From: a virus | Taxonomy: Duplodnaviria; Caudoviricetes | Direction: 5' to 3' (one strand) | DNA length: 64,000 bases | Virus record (IMG/VR): IMGVR_UViG_3300012983_000040 | Coordinates: 1-64,000 of that record | Shown: positions 42,101-57,265 of the stretch, piece by piece | How positions within the stretch are numbered: position 1 is the first letter of the stretch | Layout of the letters: each line of letters begins with the position of its first letter | Position numbers and translations under genes: made by a program | Notes under the pieces: generated by a model | What the model was told of the DNA's origin: nothing | The model's database searches: none | The model's input: only the letters and a program-made list of their open reading frames with translations

Positions 42101-45100
42101 AAATTTCCTAACTCTAATAGATCATATATATTATTTAAAATGTCTTTATTATCTTCTGTACGTACATAATGATGTATTAATGTGATTATTTTAATAAGTT
42201 GATTTTCTATAGCTGTCTTTTCTTCATTAGATAAGTTTCCACTTTCTAACTTCTAAAAATCAATATCTAAATAATCTGTCTTTCCCATTAATTTAGCTAA
42301 CTGTCTAAAACCATATACACAGTCGCGTCTAGCCTCTATATCTGTACGATTAGATAAAAGTCCATCTGTTGTTAGACCTGTACGTAAAGCATTAAAGGTA
42401 TATAGAACATAATTTAGGAATTCTGCTTCAGTTTCAATTTCCTTTCCATTTTCATTAATCCATTTTGTTTTTTTATTTTTTGTAGTTTGTATTGTAATTG
42501 GATGTTTTTCTTCCAGTGTTTTACTTTCATGTATAGATAAATTAGAGAATCCTGAAAGGCCTAACTACTCTCCACCTTGTTCTGGCTCAGTTGGATCGAT
42601 TTTATGTCCTTTTACTTCAAATTCAGCTCCATTGGTTCCAGTACCATTAGAACTTCCAGGTGTTACTTCTCCTGAAGTTCCATTACTTTCAGAAGCCTAA
42701 TTTTCTTGGGTTTTAATTTTTATTGTTTCAGGAAACATTTCCTACAATAACTATTTAAAGTCCTGTGACCTCTTTGCCACAAATGACTCGGGCATAGCTA
42801 TTTCTTGTGTGTTTGAATCTGGATCATGGTTTGCTAATTCTAAGTTGGGAACATTTCCTGTAATATTATCAATGATTACTGTTCCTTTCTTTTGTCTTGT
42901 TAATCCAGTATAATATTCTCGTAATAACCTTTCTATTTCAGGAGCATCTTTTTGATTAAATCTAGTTGAAAATCTAATATCATTTAAGTCAATAATATAA
43001 TAATTGTTTTCTGAACTTTTAAGGGTAGTTCCTTTTCTAAATTCAGTTTTATTTTTCCACTCTGGATGCTCTTCAGTTATATATTTATACGCAAGACTAT
43101 TATCATTTGAATATATTAATGTAACTTTTTCTCCATCTTTCAGAGTTTTATACATTCCATTAATGTATTTTTTTGCATTAGCATCTAAAGTTGCACCTGG
43201 AGAAATATAGGTTCCGTAAAAGTTTTCATTCTATTCATCAAAATAATAATGTGCTGTGTATTTGCCTTGAATTGTTTCCTCTGCTCCTGTAAAAAAGTTA
43301 ATAGCCCCCTCAATAAAAGCACGCAGGGTAGTGTTATTTACATCTGTCTATGTATTTGTACTACGATAAGATAACTAACTCTTAAAGCTTCTAATAAATT
43401 GTACATCTCTAAGTCCTAAATTGTGAGTTTCTAATATAGGATTTTCAGCCTAATCTTTTTCTCCTTCATTTACTTTTATCGTTCCGTAAATACCAGACTG
43501 TGTAAAGTCGCCATGTGCTAATACAATAATTCCATTTTTAGTAGCAAAATCATCAAGAACTGTCATATCGAATTGTGAAAATTCTGAAATTTCATCGACA
43601 ATTATAATTTTTGGAAGCTGACTTAAACCTGTATTTAATTCATAGTCAAATTTTACATCACCGGTTTCATAATCCAATTCAAATATTTTTTCAGTTCCAT
43701 CGCTATTTTTTCCAGTTAATTTACCATCAGTTACTTTGAATGTTTCATCATAGGAATCAAAATTCTTAAGAATCATTTTCATTAAAGTCTCTCGTGTAAA
43801 AGTCTTAGAATCTTTAGCACCAATGCTATCTCTCATTTCTATAGCTTTAGCTTCTGGAGTATCTCCACTAGTATTTTCTGGACCACATATCCATAACCTT
43901 TTATTTTTATCAAAATTAGGTACTATCTTTTCTATAAGACTAACTAATTCAGGAATATATGTGGATTTACCGAATCCTGGTCCAGAACTAACCAGCACAG
44001 TACTTTTAAATTTTGGATTTAAAAATAATGATAAGAATTCCCTAGCAAATTTTTTCTATTCTTCTTCTCTTTTAACTAAATCTTCACTTGTTAAATCTGG
44101 ATAGTCTACCTTATAACTTTCTATATATGCTTTCCTAAAATTTTCAAACATTTTAGGATTTACAATCATAGAAATTGCTGTATATTTCCATGCAGTCTAA
44201 ATAGCTGATGGAAGTCTATTTTCATGTAATGAATCTTTTAGATTACTATAGAAAACTTTTGGATCTAATGCAGCAATAGAAGCTAAATACCACATTATAG
44301 CTGAGTCATCTTCAAGTTTATCTGATTTATTAAGTGCAACAATTCTATCTGTAAATGTAAAATTCTTTTTACTAATAAAATCAGCTAACTTAGTCGGATC
44401 ATTTAATATTTCCTAATTTTTACTAAAGAATTTGTGTAATGCTATCTCAAAACTAATAAGCTCTTTAGTTATAGCTTCTTTTACTTCTTCAGATGTTGAA
44501 TCCAATCTATGTTCTACCTATTGATCCTTTAAATTATTAAAGTTAGTTAGTTTTGATATAGCATTTTTAAATTCGGATATGCCATTCCAGTTTAGTTTAG
44601 ATTCATTTTCAAGAATACTAATTTTATTAGCAATCTATCCCATTAGATTCAATCTAAAACCTAAGTCTGCCCTATCCATAACTTCTGTCCTAAGCTACAT
44701 TGCATTAGAGGCAACTTCTTTCCAATAAAGTAGTTTATATATTGAATTTTGTATATTGTCAATTCCTTCTGCTACTCTGTCAGCTGAAATTGTTATTAGC
44801 TTTTCTGGGATAAGTTCTGATTTAGTTTCTTGTGATAGCTTATTTGCTGTAGCATTAAATCCTATATGATTAAATATAGATTCTACTTCTTCTGTTGCAG
44901 CAGCATAACTACTTCTCAGCATCTGTAAAATCAATATAGCATCATTAATATCAGAAATTAATGTATTAGATAAGATAAATTCATCAGTTTTTGTTAATCT
45001 ATCCATTAAAAAGCTTACGGGCTTATCTGTTCTAGCATTAATTGCATCATCAACTTGTTGTAATATACTAGATATACTTTTAGTATTATCACCCGTCATC

Positions 45101-48100
45101 TCTTGGTATAATTTATCAGCTACTGCTAACACACCATCGGAATTATAATTATTTATTTTATCTCGTAAAGCATTTGGATTAATTGGCCAGAAATTAGTAT
45201 CTCCGATTAAACTTCGTATCCCTTCATCTTCATCAACTGGAAGATTTTCTAACTCTTTTCCTAATTGTTCTATTCTTTCTGACTCTTCAGTTCCTAAAAC
45301 TTTATTTAAAACGTTAAAAATATCAACGATTGGGGTCTATTCTCCTACATGTACTGTGTATTTATTGCCTTTATATTCTTCTGGTGCAATTTGCCCATAA
45401 TTAACTATGTAGTCTATCATTTCTAGAAGTTGTTCCTTCTAAAAATCATTTAAATAGCCAGTTCCAGATAGTAAAGAATTTAGCTCTTCACTAAATTTTC
45501 GCCCTACTTTAGCAAATATAGCAGCTTCTATAGTTTCAATTATTTTATCAATAATTTGTGGATTCTTAACTTCTCCATTATCGCCTCGAAATGATTTTAT
45601 GTCTAGTAATTCTGACTTTATTTGAGCTGCTGCTAAATGTTCATTTGTAGCGTTTTCCGCTGGAACATTTATGAAGTTTGATAGTTTGTTAAATAAGTTA
45701 TAAACTCTTTCTTCAGGTAATCTTTCTTTTAAATATTTTTCAGATTTTGTTTCATCTATTAATTTATCTCTAGAGTCTAAATATCTTTTAGTAATTTCTC
45801 TATTAATAGATGCTGGACTTAGATCCAATGGTACTGAATCCCCATATTCATTTGTATAAACTTCAGTAAATTGTTCTCCTTTTGCTTCGGCTGCTCTTTT
45901 TCTAGCTTTCCATTCTTCATATTTAGTTTGAGATACTTCTACCTTTTTAGCATAATCTGCTAAGAAGCGACGATATAAGTTTAAATCGTCAAAAATATTA
46001 ATCAAGTCGTTAATAGCTTTAAAACTATTATCATCTTTAGAATACCTCTCTAATAATTTTAACATAAATAGTAGAGAGTCAAACATTTTTTTATTTGGTG
46101 CATATCCCGCAAAATTCATTTTAGCTATGAACTCTTCAGGTCGCATCGGGGTATTCTCTTTTATATCCAATGGACTAGTTTTTTCAGTATCATAGGGATT
46201 TATAGTTCCCTAGTCTGGACTAGCAATTTTAAATAGCTGATTTCTAGTAGCAATTTTTATATCATCTAATAGGCTTAAAAATTCGTTTAACTATTCATTT
46301 TCTGACATATCTTTTAAATCCTTGATATTTTTACTACTAATCTAATTTGTTTTCATAAAAATATCAAAAGCCTGTCGAATATGCTCAATTATTGTTAAGC
46401 TGTCTTTAGTTTTATAAAATTCCTCTGCTAGTTGTTTTTTGTCGCTTTCTGTTATTTTACTAAAAGCAATATTATTTCTTTTTGCTCTTGCCCATTGATA
46501 GAATGCCATATCTAAATATGGCATATTAATTCCTTTTTGCATCTCAAAAAGGGCCTATAAGACAAATTCAGTTCTTAATTTTCCATTAAAGAAGTCTCTA
46601 TTTTTCTCTAAAGCAGTTTGTAAGGCTTCTTTATTATTTAAAACCCGTTTCGCTTCTTTGCTTAGTGCGTTTTTAGCCTTATCGTATTCCTTTGGATTGT
46701 CTTTTAATTTTTCTAGACCATCTAATTCTTTCTAAACTGCTCTAGATTGGGCATCTTCTTCTCCTCTTTCTGCTTTATGTCTTGGAGAAGTACTTAATTG
46801 TGTAGCGGCCTCATAAATACTTAATTGATTTCTTACGTATTCTTCTAAGAAATGTTGCGCTATTAACGAGTCTTTAAGTGCTACAAATCTAATGTCTTTG
46901 GTAACATTCTTTCCATTGACCATTACATCTAATAATGAGTTTTTGCTAATAACAGTTCCATATGTGGTTAATACTCTCTTTAAATCCATTATAGCATTTT
47001 TCATTACTTGTTTTATCTCTGTGTTTTGGTTTTTTTGTGGAGTTCCAGTTCCAAATAGCTGTTCATACTCTCCGTTTTCCAACTCACGTTCTGCTATAAC
47101 TTCAGTAGATAAGCCTGTAGGTGCCCATTCATGTTTATCAATTTCTTTTATAAGGTCCTACTCTTTTCCCTCATTTATCATATATACGATTGTCTCAAAA
47201 GCTTGAGGTCGTTTCATATTTCTAATTTTCATGGCACTTTCATATATACCTGGAGCAGCCATAGCACCTGCAATACCTCCACCAAGTAAAGAAGTCCCAT
47301 ATCTTTCTGCTATGTTGTCCCAAGCAGTCATTCTGTTTTCTTCTCCTGATAACCACGAAGCTAAATTATATGTTGAAGCGACTAAATCGTCTAGAGCTGT
47401 AAAGGCAGTCATTTCTATTCCAGTTGCTAGTGTAGAAGCAGCTACTGTGCCAGGAATTGTCTCTTGGACATCCCATATTTGTTGTGCTAAATTTTTTCCT
47501 GATTTAAATAAATTTTTAGTTGCAACTGATTTTTCCTACTTTGTTAATGCTTTAGCCATATCTTCCATTTGTTTTTTATATGTAGCATCAACATTTCCAC
47601 CATCTTTCCACACTTCTAATGCTTTTCTAATCTATTGTTTTTGTACATTAGCTTCTGGAAATATTTTCTATCCTAAATGGCTTCCTAATATTGCGTATTG
47701 ACCTGCAATAGCACCTAAGGTTAGTGCAGTTGCTGCCTCATCAGAAACTTCTTGAGATTTAGCTATTCCATATGTATGTAAACCAAATGTAATGGCCATC
47801 ATACTTGTAGAAATCTATTGTCCTAACTTCTAAAAATTTTGAATTTGATTATTAACTATAGCCTATGCTCTTATAGGAGCAACTGTTTGTAACGTTAACC
47901 ATTGTTCGGCTTTTTCTCGTTCTAATAAGGCTTTATCTTTTACTGTTTTTGCTAATTGTGTAAATTTATTATCAAGTAATTTACTCTACTTGTCTAAGTA
48001 ATTTCCTGTAATACTTTGAATCTCTTTTGCAGGATCTTTTAATATTCTTGAAGCGTCAGAATAGAATATTCTAGGAGCATATGTTGCTAATCTTTTCTGG

Positions 48101-49155
48101 GACTCTAGGAACATAAAAGTGTCTCCTACCATATTTATAATATTCTCCATACTAAATGGATGCTATACAGCATATTCAGAGGATGTTTGGTTAAATGATT
48201 CAGCAAATGCTGTTATAGTATTTAATGTAGGATTATCACTTCCTGATACTAATTTACCTAAAGTTCCTAGTGCATCTACTAAACTAATTCCTAGACTTGC
48301 TGCTACATAATATGGTGCTATTGTAGTAAGAGGAGCTATAGGTAGTAAAGGTAATATTTTAAGAGTATTTCTTGCAATTGATCCTGGTAAACTTTTATTA
48401 ATTCCATCAGAATCAAATGGATCATACTTATTAATCCAAGAATCTTCTTTTGTTAATATATTCCATGGAGACACAATTTCTTTTCCATAGGTACTTTTTC
48501 CATTTGCAAATTCTGTATAATATTCTCCATTAGGATCTAACTTATATTCCCCTTTAACATGTGCTATTTTTGCAGGATCGTCTGTAGGATTTCCGTTTAT
48601 ATCTACATTTTCATCATATGTAGCCATTACTTTCGGACGCCAGAAATCTCTAAAAAATGATTCTTCTACTGTATAATCAGTAAATTTTCCAGTATTAGAA
48701 TCATATATTTTATTCTATTCTGCCAGCTCCATAGGAGTCTTAGTTCTTGGTCCAGGTTGATTTAATCCAACAATACCATATGAAATATGATCGGGATTAT
48801 TTATGATAGTCATATATGCTCCAGAAGACTAGCGTCGCTCTTCTGGAGACACAAATACGTTATTTTCTGCAAAAATTCTACCTTGGTTTTGTAAATCTTC
48901 ATAGTAGGTGTTTCTCGCCAAGTTATTATATGATGAAGCTAGTTCCACGTATTTTTCATGGAACTTAGCTTCATCAAACTTTCCATCAGTCTAAAATTCA
49001 GGAAGTGCTCTAATCTAAGAGTTACTTATATAAGCACTTTCTGGACCTATGGATGTATTATTTATATTAATCCCTACATTCTTAAAATCAGTATTTGTAA
49101 AATCTGGATTTGATAAATTCTCACCTACCCAGTCATATTGTTTACGAATTCCCAT
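39103..49155 (-). CDS. Giant cargo protein C (~3350 aa, TAG=Gln) with hydrophobic N-terminal part and SF1-helicase-like P-loop domain
   Basis: Eleven fragments in one frame. GPGFGKST, IIVDE, HGDFTQ and YTGLTR. Starts MGIRKQYDW and ends ILKCI-TAA. Confidence 0.82.
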
Positions 49156-49157
49156 AA

Positions 49158-51074
49158 TTATTCATACTTTATATTAAATTGTGATGATTTATACCTATTA
49201 CTTGCTGGATTTTCCTATTCTGCTTGTCTATAAGCTTCAGTTCTAGTGAGTAATTCTGCTTGGGAAGTTGTTAAGTTTACACCACTTCCTGCATAAGCAT
49301 TTACTGGATTATCTTTAATTGGTATAAATATAGTCCCTTTATAAATTCCAGATCCTCCGAACCAGCCACCACCAGTAGGTTTAAATCTTTTATCATATGC
49401 TTTAAATTTTTTAATAATTTTATCAGCAAGATTAGAGTCTAATTCTACTAAATGCTGACTAAACTACTACCCATCAGACAAAACACCTTTATCAACATAT
49501 CCATCCATTATTGCAAATCTAGCATAATGTGTTGGATTAACAATTGGTGTTCCTTCTTCACTAAGTCCTATGAATATTGCAGGCAGACCTTTATCCTATA
49601 ATGTTTTATTTATAATGTCAATTTCCTGTTTATTTTTTCCTGTGATTCCTTTAGCTACTAATAGTCTCCATGCTTCATCTAGTTTCTTAGTAGCTTCTAA
49701 ATCAGGTGCTATGATATTTTGCGCTAATTTTTCCTAATCTAGAGGAAGTGGGGCGTTTACAGTATTTTGAGTAAATGCTAAAACTCTATCAAGATCTAAT
49801 GTATTAATAAGATTACCTCCAACTGTTACATTATTTAAATCTAATATCCCTGCAAATCCTGATCTCTCTGTAAAAGATAGTGGAACAGTACCCATGGCAG
49901 CTCCTTGTTTAGTTACCATTGGAAGACTACTGCCTTGTACAAAAAGATTACCTCTAGACCCATCAGAAAATCTATATCTTTGTGTTACTCCATAAGAAAC
50001 AAGGAATTCTGCAGATACTGGCATATCTTTTTGTTTTAATTTAGCTTCATCTGTTACTTTTTGGGCATTAACTCTCTTTTCTCTTGCTTCAGCATTACCT
50101 GCGCTAAAGGTATTTACTGTGCTTAAACTTATGGATTTTTTGTGATTTAATGCTGCCTAAGCATATTCTAATATCAAAGAATTTTCGTCAGCTTTACCTC
50201 CTATCTCTTTTGCTCTAAGTTTTAATAAAGCTCTTTGCTAAGGAGTTAGAGATTCTCTAATAATATTTATTGCATGCCCAATTTTTTCTGCATTACTGTC
50301 TGTTTCAGTTTTAACTTTAATTAAAGTACCTGTATCCATTGTACGTAAATCTTCTGCGGTAATATTCATAGCTTTTAAAGCTTCTAGACCTTCCTTAGAT
50401 TTTGCCTACTCAAAAGGATTTACAAAGACTTCACTAGACTCTTTAGTAGTTTTTGCTTCATCTAAAGCACTTTTAATTATTTCTCTGATTTCTTTTAAAC
50501 TGCTAGCTCCCATTAGAGTTTCAGCCATTTTATCATTGAATGCATACTTTGGATTATTTGCTCTAAGGTAAGTAAGTTCTGAATTGGTTACAGCAATATC
50601 TTTACTTCTATCAAATTGTTCAGGTAATATTAATGAAATTTCAGAATCTCCATTTTTATGGACAAACATATAACCTTCACTTGTTATAGCGACTTCCTAA
50701 GCTGCACCACTACTAATAAGATGATCTTTTGCTTTTGATAGAAATTCATAACTATTTCTTGCCTAATTAGCTTTAGTAACATACATCTAATAAATTGATG
50801 CCCACTATTTAGCTCTTGGTAAACTTCCAAAATAGTCTGAACTTTCCATTTTACCAACACTGCTGGCTAGTTTTGCTAATACTTGAGCATCACTAGCCAA
50901 CATGTTCATTTTTGGATCAAAAATCTATTCAATTATTGATTTGCTTGATCCCTTTTCTTCATCTTTAGATTTAGTATCCTTAGTAGTAGCTTCTGGAGTT
51001 GCTGTATCAACTGGAGAGAATGGAGTAAAACTTGTCGATAAAAATCCTCCAAACTATTTAGATACAATTCTCAT
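49158..51074 (-). CDS. Cargo/virion protein B (638 aa, TAG=Gln)
   Basis: Starts MRIVSK(TAG)FGG and ends FNIKYE-TAA; both track fragments are in frame. Confidence 0.78.
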
Positions 51075-51075
51075 A

Positions 51076-54000
51076 TTATTTTAATTTTACTGTGTCTTGT
51101 TTACTTAACTATCTAATTAATGGAGCCATTGCACGTATGTTACGCTACATTTCTTTATTGGCTTCTTTTAAACTCTCATAAGTATGTTTTATATCATTTT
51201 GGATAGATTTATTGACCATTCGAGCATTTTCTACTCTTACCCAATTGACACTTGCTCCACCTTTCTTAGCCATATGTATTTTTCCTCCCGATTTTTTATA
51301 TTGTTCTAATCGTTCTTTTTCTTTCTAAGGATCTGGTCCTCCACTCCAATCTTTTTTATAGTATGGATAAATTATGTCGTGCCAAAATCTTCTGGTATCC
51401 CAGGAAGCATTAAACAACTATTCAAGGTTTAAATAGTAATTATTTCTCTATACTTCTTCGTATTCATTTAACCAATTTCTATAATGTGGATCAGTATATT
51501 TAGATTCTTCAAATGGAGTAGTAGCATCAGGATAATCCTTTTTAAAATCTTCTAGAGCCTTCTGATCTCCCTTTAAATTATTTAAAATTTGATTATAAAT
51601 AGCCTACCTTTTTGTTATAACTGCAGAGTTGTAGTCGTCCTAATATCTAGCAGCTTTTGCTTGTAGGTTATGGTTATTTTTAATCTTTTGATCCTATGCC
51701 ATTTCAGCAGTTAAAGTATCAATGAAATTTTTCCAATTATTAGCATTTGTAATTATTTGTTGAGCTTTATACTGTCTATTTAAGTTGTCAATACTTGTTT
51801 GATTTTTAATATTTTCATTATAAGTATTATAAGCATTTGTGGTATCTCTCCATCTAGCCTCCTAGTCTTCTTTAACAGACTCTTTAAATGTAGCTCTATT
51901 TAAATCATATCCCTATGCTCTGGCTTTATGATGTGCACTTAGAACGTTTTGCATAAATGCTTCATCTTCTCTTATATCAGAAGAAATATGTCTTCCCATA
52001 TAAGGAGCATATTCTCTATCTGCTTCTTCTACTTTAGATAAATCTCTAAAGATACGAGATACTCCATGTGGAGATATTTGCTTATAACTTTCTGCTTTAA
52101 GTGCTTCTAACGCTTTAATGTTTGCCCAATTAGTGCCAAATATTGATGCTAATCTAAGCCAATTTATAGGTGCTCCTTCTACTTTATCTAAACCTGGCTA
52201 TGGATTTAATAATTTTCCTTCTTTATCATATAAATCAGCAAAAAGTCTTTTATGTTCGGCTTCCCAATCAGATTCAGTTTTGTGCTAAGTTGCAGCAGTC
52301 TATGTATTTTCAGTAGTACCATTAAATTCAGAAAGTAATGCACTTCCCTCTTTAGGTGTTTGTCCTTCTGCTAAAGGATAAATTGTACCAGTGTTAGTAT
52401 CATAATATACCTGACCGCCAGACCACTTAGATTTTGCTATCTCTAACAATTTAGAAATATCTTCTGGGTTTAGATAATTTACATTACCAAGGCCCATTAA
52501 ATCTGCAGTTCCTGCAGCCATACCTTTAGTTCTATATATATTACCATCTTCTGGTAATTCTCCAGTTATTTGTTGTCCGTTTCTAGAATATCTCCCGTTG
52601 TTATATAATTCACCTAAAACTTGAGTCTAATATCCTGGTAATATATTCCAATAGTCTGTCTAATAATTACTTACAGCATCTGACTATAATGAATGGTCTT
52701 CTTTTGCATAATTATTATCGTATTCAGTTCTTAATGGAACATATCTGTTTCCTAAATCATATAATGAGCCTTTTTCATAACCTAATAGTCCATTATTTCC
52801 CCCAGCAATTAAATCAAATATATAATTCCAGGCTTTAGGACCTACTTCGCTACCCCAGTTTTGACTACCGCTTGTCCACTGAATACCTCGTATTTTATTT
52901 CCTTCTTGTAGTTTAAGTACTTTAGATATAAATTCTAAATTTCCTCCTTCGTAATGTTTTGGAACTAGTTTTCGTAAACTATTCCAATGTTTATTATGTA
53001 GAACTTGGTAGTCATTATCATCAATAACACCTTCTGATTTTAGTTTATTTAAAACAAGGTTTAAACGTTCATTAATTGATTTTCCCTATATATTTTTAGC
53101 TTCTTCTCTTATTTTATTCTCAAGTTCCTCTAGATTCTTAGATATATCTATTTTATTATTTATTTGATTTTGGGCTTGAACAGAAATGTTTTCTGTATTA
53201 TGCTATCCATGTTCAGCTTTAATTATTTCAGCAAGTTTAGTTGCTTCTCCATTTTCCTATAATCGATTTGCCTATTCCTAAGTTAATTTATTTTGGGAAA
53301 TTAACTACTTTAATGCTTTTGTAATTTCAGACCCTGAAAGTGTTTTAGTTTTAGAAGATAAGGCTTTTTGTATTGTATCTGTCTATAGTAACATTTTTAT
53401 CATTTGCTCTTGACTTATCTATATTGGTGTTATATTTTCAGAATTAAATGATGAAAATACTTTATTTACCAACTAGCGTCTACTATCTTCAGTAACAGGC
53501 TTTTTTGTATTTAATAACTAATGTAACAGTGATGCTGTTCCTCCTTCTGCTGGCTATGTCTATTTTTCTCTTAAAAACATTTCATAGGCTTCCTGTAAAA
53601 ATTCCGGAGTAACATCAGTTTCATTTACATAATCTAATTTATGTGTATTTAGCTAAGAATCAGTGTGTTCATTTGGATTTACAGGTGTTGTGCCTTTAGC
53701 ATTTGCTAGTTGAACCTCTCTGTCAAATGCCATTTGGGCTAACTATAGATTATCATACTTAGATAAATCAGTTTCATAATAACTAGCTAAGCGCCTAGCA
53801 TAATCTATTACAGCAGGATCATTTTCCAAAAATCCATACTCATTCATAGCTTTAGCTAACTACTGATTTATAGTCTCTTCAGGTACACCTTCTTGTTTAA
53901 TAATTTCATAGAAACGCTTACCTTGTTCTCTAAGTGCATCAAGTGGCTTATAATAGTTATCAATTAGTCTACGTAGTTTACTTAATCTATAATTCTTTAC

Positions 54001-56895
54001 TGTACTATAATCGGAGAAGAATACATCAAAATTATCAAATCCTAAAGTTTTTCGTATAAATTTTCCTATAGCTGTATTTTGTCTAATAGGTTTTCCGTTT
54101 TCTATTGCAGTTTTCTCAAATATACGAGTATATAGTGGAGACATTTCACTAGCTTCACCTAATTCTAGTCTAATAGCTGCCTATGGATCTGATTTCGTTT
54201 CTTGAGTTGTTTCTTTATTCTTTTTATACTTATTTAGGAATTTTTTTATATAAGTCTTTCCTGTATCTCCTAATCCTTGATACCATTTCTTATCTGCTTC
54301 AGCTATACTGATGTCTTCTGCTTTTAATTTAGTTTCATCGGTTCTTCCTTCATTTAGTTTAGTTAAAATCTAGTCTTTTAAACTCCTAATTGATAGATTT
54401 GTATCTTCTGTTACTAATATAGGTTCTCCTTGAACTACATTTTCTCCATCTTTATAAGAATAGTCTACATATGCTTTTCCATTGTCTACTTTACTTTGTT
54501 CAATTGCTTTTTGTGCTTTTCTTGCCTTAAAGCCTTCCTTAACTCCTCCAGCCATTCTAACCATAAAGGCAATATTAGTAGCATCTTGAGAATTAAGTTT
54601 TGTCAGTTCTAAATTACTAATTTTTGTAATAGTATTTTCTAATGATTTTCTGGTTTCTTCATTAGCAATCATACCTGCAGCAACAGCCCAACCGAACCAT
54701 TTAGAAAATGCATGTGCAGCTCTTTGTGCTTTTTGTCCCATTCCTAAGGCTTTTGCTCTTTGTGGATTTATGAACATTGGAACTGCCATAGTTCCGATCA
54801 TTAAAGCATCATTTAATATAATATCGCCAGCTGATTGTCTGCCTTGTATACCATCAATTATATCAGAAAGTATATAACCTCCAACAGAAATACCTGTACC
54901 TACAGCCCCAGCAATTTGTGTTACCGGAACGAACATTAACATAGAACTTAATAAATCAGTGCCTGCAGCTACTACACGTATACCATCAGCCACTGTGAAG
55001 TCTTTATCAGAAGCCAATTTCTATTTTTTAGATAAGTCTCGATAATGTGTTGTATTATCATCTTTTGGCTTTACTTGTTCTGGGTATCCAACTGTATAGT
55101 CATAAGCAGTTCCGTATTGTTTTTGGAAATTTACCATATCAGAGATACCTCCGTACTATAGTCTAGTAATGCGTCCTCCAAGTTTTCGCTTGGGTCTAAT
55201 TATTTCAATACTTGATATTGCATATGGATTAAGACATCTTGTTTGTCTTCCTGTCTTACTTTTACGAATAATCCAAGTTCCATTCTTATTGAAATTAAAT
55301 TTTATTCCGTAATTACCTTGTTTCCAAATAAAAGACTTTACAGCCTTATTTGTTCCTCTATAACCATTTAACTCAAAGATTGACCCATTATTTGGAAGTT
55401 GTAAAGTAAGACTTCCATTTGGAGCTTTTTGATCGAAATAATATGATAACTGCATTAGCATATTTGCCCAAATTAATGGAGGATATGTGCTTGGATTAAT
55501 TGATACAACAGTATCTAATAAATATTGTCGTACTGCCAACGCACTACTATTTAAAAGATTTATGTCAAACTTAAATGGTTTACCTAAATCATTAGTGTCA
55601 TGTAACGCTCTACTTGCTTTGTCCCAATTATTTGGGTTATATCGTCCTAAATTATATGAATTTCCTGATTTATCTTTAGCTATATAAGTACCATCATTAT
55701 TCATCACTAAAGTAACTTCTACAGGATAAGCATGTTTCTGAGTTCTTATGAAAAATTTCTTACCAGCATGTCCTATAGCACTATTTGTTACGGAGTAAAT
55801 TCCCATGAAGTCTGGAGATTCTCTGCCTTCAAATAATCCAGTTAGATTTTCTAAATATCCCTTTTGTCCTCTCCAAAAAGTCCAATTATCTTGTATTTGT
55901 TGTCTTCCATATACTCCTAAAATAGTTTCTACGGTTTTCTTTATTCCTTCATTATCTATATTTTGCCATGAATCATTTATTGTATATTTTTTACCTCCTA
56001 ATACTATTTCTATATCCTACGTGGATAATGGATCTACGTAACTATATCCATCAGGAAGCCCTTCTGCGTTAGTGCCATTATTTGCTGTTGAATTATTTTT
56101 TGCGTCTTGTTTAGCTTTTTCGTCTAATTCTCTTTTTAGAGGTGAACTTAAATCGAATAAATTTCTTACGTCTTGTGGAGTTAAATTAGACATGGCGGCA
56201 TTTTGATACCAAGATTCAGCCTTAATATCATCTAAGTTTTCTATTTCTGCTGCGTGTGCTCTTAGATAATTTGCAGTTTTCTTATAAGCATCAATGTTAT
56301 CCTACCATCCTGTGTATCTATATATATTTCTATATTTGGAGTCATTTTCTAGTTTGTCTGCCTCCATTCTTAATGCTTCCGCATATTTTTTTCGTCTGTT
56401 AGTTATACCTCTAACTCCAGTTTTTGGATCAGGTGTGTCTAATGCATTCCATGCATCTAATAGTGCAGAATCAGTTAAATCTTCATTGTCAAAAACATTA
56501 GTTGCAATTATTTTTTTAAGATTAGGCTTATATAGATCTTTATTACTTTCATCATAAAGTACTATTCTATTTCCGTTAAGACCTCTAATAAAATAATCAT
56601 TAACTAATGTATATGTTGGCTAATCTAAATTATCTGGATTAGATAATCCATTCATTGTAAAGTCAATCTTGCCATTTTTGATGTCATTAGTATAAGCATC
56701 AACAGCAGAATAAAATGCTGCTCGCTATGCATCATTCATATTACGATAATCTGCATATCTTTTTTTATATTCTTGGTTACTTAAGTAATCAATAGCATCA
56801 GTATTTTTATATGTGACACCTGCAGTAGTTCGTAATCCTTCTTTAAATGGCTAATATATAGTTGTGCCCTCTAAGGCTTTTATTACTTGTGCCAT
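51076..56895 (-). CDS. Giant cargo protein A (~1939 aa, TAG=Gln) with predicted membrane-inserting helices
   Basis: Fragments 52300-55806 share the frame of ATG 56895. Gly/Ala-rich hydrophobic helices at ~54.7-55.0 kb. Ends TVKLK-TAA. Confidence 0.8.
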
Positions 56896-56903
56896 ATTAT
56901 AAC

Positions 56904-56938
56904 AAAAAAGGAGCATATAAATTAATATACACTCCTTT
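56904..56938 (-). terminator. Terminator-like hairpin between small gene L and gene A
   Basis: 13 bp stem (two G.U pairs that form only on the - strand) with a U-rich tail. Confidence 0.65.
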
Positions 56939-56955
56939 CTAAAGTTTTAAGTTAA

Positions 56956-57228
56956 TTATCTTCTTCTTACTAACTTTGCACCATAACGAGCAAATGTGGG
57001 TTCCTCAGCTGGAGCTTCTTCGGGTGCAGGACCTTCTGGGCCAGGAGCAGGACCACCTGCTGCACCTTGTGCAAGTTGTAGTAATGCTTGACAAACAGCC
57101 ATAGCTGCTTCACAGTTTTGAGTTTGAACTGCTTCCATGGCAACTTGAAGTAATTGTGCCATAGGGTCTTGTGGGGCACCTACGGGGCCGCCTTCCTAAA
57201 ATTTTCTAAATTTACTTGTAATTCTCAT
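56956..57228 (-). CDS. Small Ala/Gln/Pro-rich protein L (90 aa, one TAG)
   Basis: MRITSKFRKF(TAG)EGGPVGAPQDPMAQLLQ...FARYGAKLVRRR-TAA. Confidence 0.78.
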
Positions 57229-57265
57229 AATTAATAATTTTAATGTTTAACTGTTAAACTTTTTG

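Noticed and set aside
56970-57179. Alternative-frame 69 aa ORF overlapping gene L
   Set aside because: The other frame has the GG motif, a promoter-proximal ATG and a coherent composition; this one looks like a by-product.
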